Shown piece by piece: positions 7,982 to 10,553 of a DNA stretch of 10,553 nt (the stretch's first letter is position 1; each line of letters opens with the position of its first letter). Made by a program: the position numbers and the translations under genes. Source of the DNA: Polyangiaceae bacterium (lineage in GTDB: Bacteria > Myxococcota_A > Polyangia > Polyangiales > Polyangiaceae); assembly GCA_965222375.1 (NCBI GenBank), contig CBDCTZ010000001.1, positions 1-10,553 on the forward strand, in the 5' to 3' direction. The notes under the pieces are model-generated. The model was not told the origin of the DNA, did not search any database, and worked only from the letters and a program-made list of their open reading frames with translations.

Positions 7982-8950
7982 ATGAGCAAGCACTCCCTCG
8001 CACTTTGCGCCGTCGCCGCGTCTGCCCTGCTTGGTTTGGCCTGCACCGGCGAGATTGTTGACGATCCCAGCGGCGGCGGCAGCGGAGCCGCGGGCGCGGG
8101 CTCCGGCGCTGGCGGCGGCAGCGGGAACGTCAGCAGTGGGGGCTCCGGGAACGCTGGATTCGGCGGAACCGCGGGTAGCTCGGGGTTCTCCGGCGGTGCG
8201 GGGCAGTCTGGATCGGGCGGCACGACCGCCACCGGCGGCACGACGTCGACCGGCGGCACGACGTCGACCGGCGGCACGACGTCGACGGGTGGTGCGACGT
8301 CGACGGGCGGTACGACGTCGACGGGCGGCACGACGGGCTGCCCCGCCAGCGGCGTCGTGAATCTTTCCAAGTGGAACTCGAGCCCGTGGGTTGCTCCCGC
8401 CTCAGGCACGGCGGAGCAGGTCTTCACCTTGTCGAACCAAAAGTGGAAGCACTACGAACGATTCGACCTGAGCATGGACTTCACTGTGCGCACCCTCGAA
8501 GTCCCCTTTGTCTGCTTCCTGGAGCTGCGCGCGCGGCCGTGGCGCTACTTCTCGGTTTGCTTCAAGAACGGCAACTACCAGGGCGATACCAAGAAAAAGC
8601 TGATCTACGTGGCCTACGACGAAAACTCATTTGAATACCTCGTGAAGCAATACACCTTGGTCAACAACAAGGACTACTCCCTCAATATCGTTTGGGACGC
8701 CAAGGCACTGCAATCCACGCTCACGCTCACGCCCGCAGGCGGCGCCCCGATGACGCTCACGCGAAACCCCATCACCAGCTCGCTGGTTGCCCAGAACCAG
8801 AACCTCGACTTGCAGGTCGGCTTCAACACCAACCACGCCGACTACAAGAAGGGCATCATCAAAGTGCCGTGGAAGTGGGAGTTCCGAAACCTCAGCGTCA
8901 AGCTGACACCCGGCGGCCCCTACGGCAGTGAGGCTCCCGCTTGTAAGTAG
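7982..8950 (+). CDS. Putative lipoprotein: Gly/Ser/Thr-rich tether plus uncharacterised beta-rich C-terminal domain
   Basis: 322 aa. Signal peptide MSKHSLALCAVAASALLGLAC (lipobox GLAC), about 90-aa low-complexity linker, then about 200 aa with alternating beta-strand patterns and many aromatic residues. Confidence 0.82.
   Translation: MSKHSLALCAVAASALLGLACTGEIVDDPSGGGSGAAGAGSGAGGGSGNVSSGGSGNAGFGGTAGSSGFSGGAGQSGSGGTTATGGTTSTGGTTSTGGTTSTGGATSTGGTTSTGGTTGCPASGVVNLSKWNSSPWVAPASGTAEQVFTLSNQKWKHYERFDLSMDFTVRTLEVPFVCFLELRARPWRYFSVCFKNGNYQGDTKKKLIYVAYDENSFEYLVKQYTLVNNKDYSLNIVWDAKALQSTLTLTPAGGAPMTLTRNPITSSLVAQNQNLDLQVGFNTNHADYKKGIIKVPWKWEFRNLSVKLTPGGPYGSEAPACK
8216..8335 (+). repeat. 18-bp coding tandem repeat (about 6.7 copies) encoding GGTTST
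   Basis: Consensus GGCGGCACGACGTCGAC(C/G). Units start at 8216, 8234, 8252, 8270, 8288, 8306 and 8324 (partial). The units at 8234 and 8252 are identical. Confidence 0.95.
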
Positions 8951-9043
8951 GCCTTCGCCGCAGGGACCACCGCACCCGGGATGCGCATGCTGTAAGGCTT
9001 TTTCGCCGGCAGCGTTGGGCAAAAACGAGTAGAAGGTCTCCCC

Positions 9044-9589
9044 GTGCGCGTTCCCTCATCCTTGATGACCGCTGCGGCTGCCCTGGCCGCAGTCAGCTGG
9101 GGCCCGCCCGCGAGCGCTGCGGAGGGTCAGTGGCATGTCGGCGGCGGGCTGGGCGCAGCCACCTTCTCCAACACGGACTCCGGCTTCGGTCCGGCCGTGG
9201 GCCTGCAGGGTGCCTACGAGCTCAGCGACATGTTCGACATTCACTTCGAGCTGTCCGCTTCTCAACACCAATTCGTCGACGGTGTCAGCACGAACTTCTA
9301 CGGCGTCAACGCGGGCTTCGTCTACAAGATCGACATCATCGAGTGGGTGCCGTACCTCGGCCTCTACGGCGGCGTGTATCGCTTCAACAACGAGGTCTTT
9401 CCCGCGCCGCTCAAGCAGACCGAACTCGGCATCGGTGTCCCCCTCGGTCTCGACTACTCGTTCTCGCGCAACTTCGCTGTCGGCGCCCAGCTCCGCTACC
9501 ACGGCTTCATGAGCGACCCCATGGATTCCCTCGGCGACGCGCCCTACTTCCTCGCCCTGCTGCGCGCCGAATACCGCTGGGGTTGGTGA
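9044..9589 (+). CDS. Small outer-membrane beta-barrel protein (OmpA/OmpW-like transmembrane fold, probably 8 strands)
   Basis: 181 aa. Signal peptide ending PASA; amphipathic strands WHVGGGLG, VGLQGAYEL, VNAGFVYKI, VPYLGLYGG, LGLDYSFSRNFAVGAQLRY; aromatic C-terminus AEYRWGW. Start is GTG 9044 or ATG 9065. Confidence 0.85.
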   Translation: MRVPSSLMTAAAALAAVSWGPPASAAEGQWHVGGGLGAATFSNTDSGFGPAVGLQGAYELSDMFDIHFELSASQHQFVDGVSTNFYGVNAGFVYKIDIIEWVPYLGLYGGVYRFNNEVFPAPLKQTELGIGVPLGLDYSFSRNFAVGAQLRYHGFMSDPMDSLGDAPYFLALLRAEYRWGW

Positions 9590-9632
9590 GGTCCTCCTCT
9601 GGTGTTCGATGCTCGCCGTGACCGCAATCCTC

Positions 9633-9818
9633 TCAGGGCTGTAGCGCGCTTACGTCGGCCAAGGGTAGGCCTTCGAAGCCGGAGGACGTAGGTATTTCCA
9701 GCACCGCTGGCGATGCAGAGGTCGAGTCGATGGACAGTGTGTAGGGCGTCGTCAGTGGATGAAACCAGGGCATGTTCCTGATGTAGGAGCTCAGGTTGGT
9801 GAGCACGAGTCTCAAAGT
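9633..9818 (-). pseudogene. Out-of-frame C-terminal 61 codons of the CocE/NonD-like gene (frameshift at G6 run, or sequencing error)
   Basis: TLRLVLTNLSSY...YTLSIDSTSASPAVLEIP...ALQP* is the expected continuation of the domain (F.aG..lrl.l ... i.......pS.L.lP) but lies in a different frame, switching at the C6 run at 9819-9824. Confidence 0.78.
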
Positions 9819-10553
9819 CCCCCCGCCCGAAACGTCATGACCCGGATGTCGATGGGAATGTCCAGGTCTTTGCCGCCCTGCGCGTCCAGTAGATAGAAGA
9901 ACTGCTGGCCTTGGCTGACCAACCAACCGTGGTAGCCCGCCGGGGCATCTGGCGGCACGTAGCGCAGCATTGCGATCACGCCGACCCCTTGGACCCCCGG
10001 TTCCTTTGCCACGTTCACCCGCATTTTGAGGCGTGGTGCGCCCACGAGGGTGACGTCTTTGGTCAGTTTGAAGTCGTATGAGGCACCACTGCGTATCGCT
10101 TCCAGTGTGTTGACGTTGCTCGAGAACTTCGTAGACCAGTTGGAGATGCCGCACGGCTCGTCGAAGCTGACCGTCGAGCACACTCCCTTCGGTTGGTGCT
10201 TGATCAGCTGGTGACTGAACGTACCTGCTGGTGCTTGCGAGAGCGTACCCTGAGCCAGCGCGCCTCCCCCGGAGGCGCTGCTCAGGTGAAGCGTGAGCTT
10301 GCCGTCGGTGAGGTCACTGAAGCTCGACGTTGCGCGCCAGGGTACCGTCGCGGCGGTCTCCGCTCCCCGGGTCAGCGGTGCCACCAATACGGGTCCGGGC
10401 AGCTGTGGAACGGCCTGACCGAGCAGGTGCTCCCGAGCCGCCAGGATCAGGCGTTGAGCGAGCTGTTGGGTCAGCACGTCCCGCATGGAGGCCGTCCAGG
10501 TCGGGAAGAAGCCGCCAACGGTCGCTTCCTCCATGGGGCTGGGGAACTTGGAC
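9812..10553 (-). CDS. CocE/NonD (X-Pro dipeptidyl-peptidase-like) family hydrolase, C-terminal region; 5' part outside the window; prematurely stopped as sequenced
   Basis: Frame is open from the right edge (SKFPSPMEEATV...) to TGA at 9814-9812. YDFKLTKDVTLVGAPRLKMRV...AMLRYVPPD...LVSQG...IPIDIRVMTFRAG follows the PepX_C/CocE C-terminal domain pattern. The catalytic domain is not visible, so the family call rests on this domain alone. Confidence 0.7.
   Translation of the reverse strand, partial: SKFPSPMEEATVGGFFPTWTASMRDVLTQQLAQRLILAAREHLLGQAVPQLPGPVLVAPLTRGAETAATVPWRATSSFSDLTDGKLTLHLSSASGGGALAQGTLSQAPAGTFSHQLIKHQPKGVCSTVSFDEPCGISNWSTKFSSNVNTLEAIRSGASYDFKLTKDVTLVGAPRLKMRVNVAKEPGVQGVGVIAMLRYVPPDAPAGYHGWLVSQGQQFFYLLDAQGGKDLDIPIDIRVMTFRAGGL

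Noticed and set aside
6581..7993. 470-aa antisense ORF over priA
   Set aside because: Shadow ORF expected from high-GC codon bias; no recognisable motifs, and it overlaps an unambiguous priA.
8216..8335. Palindrome-containing repeats (CGACGTCG, GTCGAC) as a possible CRISPR or iteron array
   Set aside because: Units are contiguous with no spacers, have an 18-bp period, vary mostly at synonymous positions and are in frame within a coding linker; no cas or rep gene is nearby.
7735..8427. Minus-strand ORF with VVPPVD repeats
   Set aside because: It is the antisense reading of the GGTTST repeat; the plus-strand ORF has the signal peptide and lipobox.
8951..9003. Intrinsic terminator after the lipoprotein gene (GCCTT...AAGGC followed by T5)
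   Set aside because: The stem is short and interrupted with a long loop region; it cannot be distinguished from chance without folding or Term-seq data.
9818..9824. Programmed -1 ribosomal frameshift at G_GGG_GGA
   Set aside because: It formally fits X_XXY_YYZ, but efficient bacterial sites have A/U-rich YYZ (e.g. A_AAA_AAG), I see no obvious stimulatory element, and I know of no recoding in this family.
9633..10181. 182-aa minus-strand ORF as an independent gene
   Set aside because: Its first 120 or so residues are an off-frame reading of the CocE-like gene; only the last 61 residues look protein-like, and they belong to the frameshifted gene.
1..10553. A single novel multi-gene system (defence, secretion or biosynthetic) spanning the window
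   Set aside because: Genes alternate in orientation, mix housekeeping functions (lysC, priA) with unrelated envelope proteins, appear to have separate promoters, and show no integrase, transposase or obvious compositional island.

Overview
GC-rich bacterial chromosomal window. Gene content (a Pkn-type Ser/Thr kinase, Gly-rich-linker lipoproteins, Cys/Asp-rich repeats) points to Myxococcota, probably Polyangia-like; this taxonomy is inference. Nine genes in order: a secreted phosphodiester-glycosidase (NAGPA/DUF2233) gene on the minus strand that the ORF track misses because it runs off the left edge; aspartate kinase lysC; a lipoprotein with eight Cys/Asp-rich repeats; a DUF3634-like small protein divergent from a membrane-anchored Ser/Thr kinase; priA; a lipoprotein with an 18-bp tandem-repeat linker preceded by a near-consensus sigma-54 promoter; a small outer-membrane beta-barrel; and the 3' part of a CocE/NonD-like hydrolase gene broken by a one-base frameshift in a G6 run. 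I saw no mobile element, CRISPR array or RNA gene, and I cannot support a claim of a new multi-gene system. The best leads are the homopolymer frameshift, the sigma-54/enhancer architecture, a likely internal start for the LysC beta subunit, the repeat lipoprotein, and several apparently leaderless genes.
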